From: Phoronis australis
Lineage: Eukaryota > Animalia > Phoronida
Direction of reading: 5' to 3'
DNA: 64,000 nt
Assembly (NCBI GenBank): GCA_002633005.1
Contig: NMRA01000001.1
Location: forward strand, 3,762,102-3,826,101
This document shows positions 63,001 to 64,000 of this stretch, in pieces. The position numbers and the translations under genes were made by a program. Within the stretch, counting starts at the first letter, position 1. Each line of letters opens with the position of its first letter. The notes beneath the pieces are model-generated. The model did no database searches and had not been told where the DNA came from. It worked only from the letters and a program-made list of their open reading frames with translations.

Positions 63001-63790
63001 ACAGTGTTTGGAAGTTAAACTAGGTGGCAGTGCTATAAAAAATTCTACCCTATTCATTATGAAGGCTATTCTCTGTTGGTCACATCTTGTTTGTTACTGA
63101 TTGCCATTGTTTGACTCTCCACAGGGTCTAACTGCCCTACAGCTGGTTGTGCCTACCCCTGACAGGAACTACGAGAGAGGACTGGACTTTGTGTGCCGTG
63201 TCTGGGTAGCCAGGTTTGATGTAGATGAGGGGAACCAGAAACTGGCTGAAAAGTGAGTAAATGGTGCAGCAGTTGTTATTTTTGTGGCAAATGTTGGATT
63301 CTTGTATGTTTGACAGTGTCTGCATGATGAATGTATTAGTCTGACATCTAGTGAGGAATGTCAACACTAATCCTCTAAGAAGTTCTGAACAGACACACCT
63401 CGTAAGGCCTCCTTCAAGGATTGTGATCAGCAGAGTCATTTGTTTCTTAAAGTGTGGCATATTAGCTGGAATGACAAGTGAAAAAGATGTTTGAAACTTG
63501 AGAACAGTACACAAGTTTTATGCAAGCCTGACAGGTATGTGCATTGGGAACAACATTGGCTGTTTTCATGAATGGAATGTTGTGTTTTGTCTTTGTGCAG
63601 GCTGTGGTCAGATCTGAACTTAACCGCCACTAGTGACTTGTGCAGCCTATTGAGTGAGGATGTGATCTACCACGAGGAAGTCGTTCGGTGCGCCGCAGCC
63701 AACGCATTGGCCAGTATCCTAGAGAGTGACCGCGACTGTGTGGTGACTGTACTGCACCAGTTGATGGAGAAATACAAAGAGAAACTCTAT
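39071..63790 (+). CDS. GCN1: eIF2-alpha kinase (GCN2) activator GCN1, HEAT-repeat protein; first 25 coding exons (about 1177 codons), 3'-truncated by the window end
   Basis: Exons 39071-39085, 39206-39308, 42146-42341, 42920-43028, 44066-44164, 44669-44872, 45580-45763, 46600-46728, 47570-47722, 48906-49003, 49581-49656, 50421-50573, 52750-52842, 53872-53947, 54533-54692, 55915-56080, 56510-56634, 57197-57375, 58480-58567, 59575-59688, 60135-60333, 61423-61691, 62001-62225, 63125-63252, 63601-63790. All GT-AG, frame open throughout. Motifs HAVFKDKILPAVQKSLLRNPE, IDLSQYA, QCSD, GSEGKLT, FLQQEVHEGTLVHA, YSYSEQMVELELK, DENGPELLPR, CRVWVARFD. Confidence 0.92.
39480..40347 (-). mobile_element. Non-coding LTR/TRIM-like retroelement in GCN1 intron 2
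   Basis: 225-bp direct repeats at 39480-39704 and 40123-40347 (one mismatch seen). On minus, a polypurine tract GGAGGAGGGGAA directly precedes the TGTTGT start of the downstream repeat. An N at 40122 obscures the PBS position. Confidence 0.6.
48191..48323 (+). ncRNA. Box H/ACA snoRNA, copy 1 (GCN1 intron 9)
   Basis: Hairpin 1 GCACTG/CAGTGC with upper stem ATGTTG/CAACAT, H box ACACCA, hairpin 2 GATGGT/ACTGTC, ACA three nt from the end; 133 nt; near-identical copies in two other introns. Confidence 0.85.
49263..49395 (+). ncRNA. Box H/ACA snoRNA, copy 2 (GCN1 intron 10)
   Basis: Same hairpin-H(ACACCA)-hairpin-ACA architecture; hairpin 2 lower stem GTGATGGT/ACTGTCAT; ACA at 49390-49392. Confidence 0.87.
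50875..51820 (+). mobile_element. Penelope-like retroelement remnant (GIY-YIG endonuclease C-terminus) with inverted terminal segment and target duplication
   Basis: VVYPIDCDKCGDSYIGET and KVLDRESSWFERGARKAIWVKAKNPSLNRHGG; about 50912-51071 is an inverted copy of 51651-51820; GCGCTCTGTCCA repeated at 50863-50874 and 51821-51832. Confidence 0.85.
52302..52434 (+). ncRNA. Box H/ACA snoRNA, copy 3 (GCN1 intron 12)
   Basis: Same architecture; H box ACACAA (the substitution keeps ANANNA); ACA at 52429-52431. Confidence 0.87.
53454..53706. mobile_element. hAT-like non-autonomous element, same family as 1168-1389
   Basis: TAGGGCTTGGAA / TTCCAAGCTCTG termini; ATTATTA on both flanks. Confidence 0.65.
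54790..55365. repeat. About 280-bp tandem duplication x2
   Basis: GGTAATATAATTCA...GAAATTGGGG at about 54790-55072 and 55072-55365. Confidence 0.9.
55602..55673 (+). ncRNA. Box C/D snoRNA, SNORD19-like guide (GCN1 intron 15)
   Basis: Stem GTGCAC/GTGCGC, C box ATGATGT 55608, guide CAATCCAACT before D' CTGA 55630, D box CTGA 55662. Guide is complementary to conserved 18S AGUUGGAU. Confidence 0.72.
57920..58041. repeat. 16-bp AT-rich minisatellite with palindromic core
   Basis: About 7 copies of TATATTTACATGTAAT. Confidence 0.9.
58134..58206 (+). ncRNA. Box C/D snoRNA, SNORD19-like guide, diverged paralog (GCN1 intron 18)
   Basis: Stem ATGTGCA/TGCACGT, C box ATGATGT 58142, same CAATCCAACT guide before D' CGGA, C' TGATGA, D box CTGA 58196. 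Confidence 0.72.
58724..58968. mobile_element. PIF/Harbinger-like MITE
   Basis: TIRs GGGCCCGTTCC.AGAAACTGACTTAG / CTAAGTCAGTTTTCTTGGAACGGGCCC; 3-bp CAG duplication at 58721-58723 and 58969-58971. Confidence 0.85.
61082..61164 (+). ncRNA. SNORD61: Box C/D snoRNA SNORD61 (U61)-like, copy 1 (GCN1 intron 21)
   Basis: Stem TGTGTCTG/CAGACACA, C ATGATGA 61091, D' CTGA, C' GTGAGGA, D CTGA 61152. The 13-nt guide CCTCTAAGAAGTT is complementary to 18S AACUUCUUAGAGG. Confidence 0.9.
62426..62494 (+). ncRNA. Box C/D snoRNA, target not identified (GCN1 intron 23)
   Basis: Perfect 7-bp terminal stem AAGCGCT/AGCGCTT, C ATGATGA 62434, D' CTGA 62451, D CTGA 62484. Confidence 0.75.
63316..63396 (+). ncRNA. 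SNORD61: Box C/D snoRNA SNORD61 (U61)-like, copy 2 (GCN1 intron 24)
   Basis: Stem GTGTCTG/CAGACAC, C ATGATGA 63324, D CTGA 63385; identical guide; differs from copy 1 by two substitutions between the C and D' boxes. Confidence 0.9.
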
Positions 63791-64000
63791 GTGAGGACAC
63801 GCTACTTGTAGCATTGACCTTTTGTACTTTGAAAGGAAGCTATGTGCTTTGCATAGATGTGTTGTCATGTGTTAGAAAGTGTGACGTGGACAGGTGGAGT
63901 TGAAGCAACTGATATAAAAATGTGTTTCATTTTTTTGACACTATTAAGTATTCTCCATTCAAAAATGGCTGAAAGTTGACAAAAACCTGATACTGACTTG

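Overview
Intron-rich, AT-rich animal (invertebrate-like) genomic DNA with three housekeeping genes, each traced by hand with GT-AG junctions and consistent phases. (1) A complete VPS54 on the minus strand: 20 coding exons, 21806->3082, about 976 aa, with an N-terminal Cys/His zinc-finger-like extension. (2) A complete WDR20/DMWD-like gene on the plus strand: 4 coding exons, 22185->30274, about 587 aa, head-to-head with VPS54 across about 380 bp. (3) The 5' part of GCN1 on the plus strand: 25 coding exons from 39071, running off the window end. The main signal not shown by the ORF track is that GCN1 appears to be a multi-snoRNA host, one snoRNA per intron: three copies of a 133-nt H/ACA RNA, two SNORD61-like C/D RNAs, two SNORD19-like C/D RNAs and one C/D RNA with no target I could assign. 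Two VPS54 splice junctions have been tandemly amplified into arrays of decoy splice sites. The rest is MITEs, a Penelope remnant, an L1/Tx1 3' fragment, a TRIM-like LTR element, minisatellites and a probable haplotype duplication around an N gap. All family and target assignments are from memory; no search was run.
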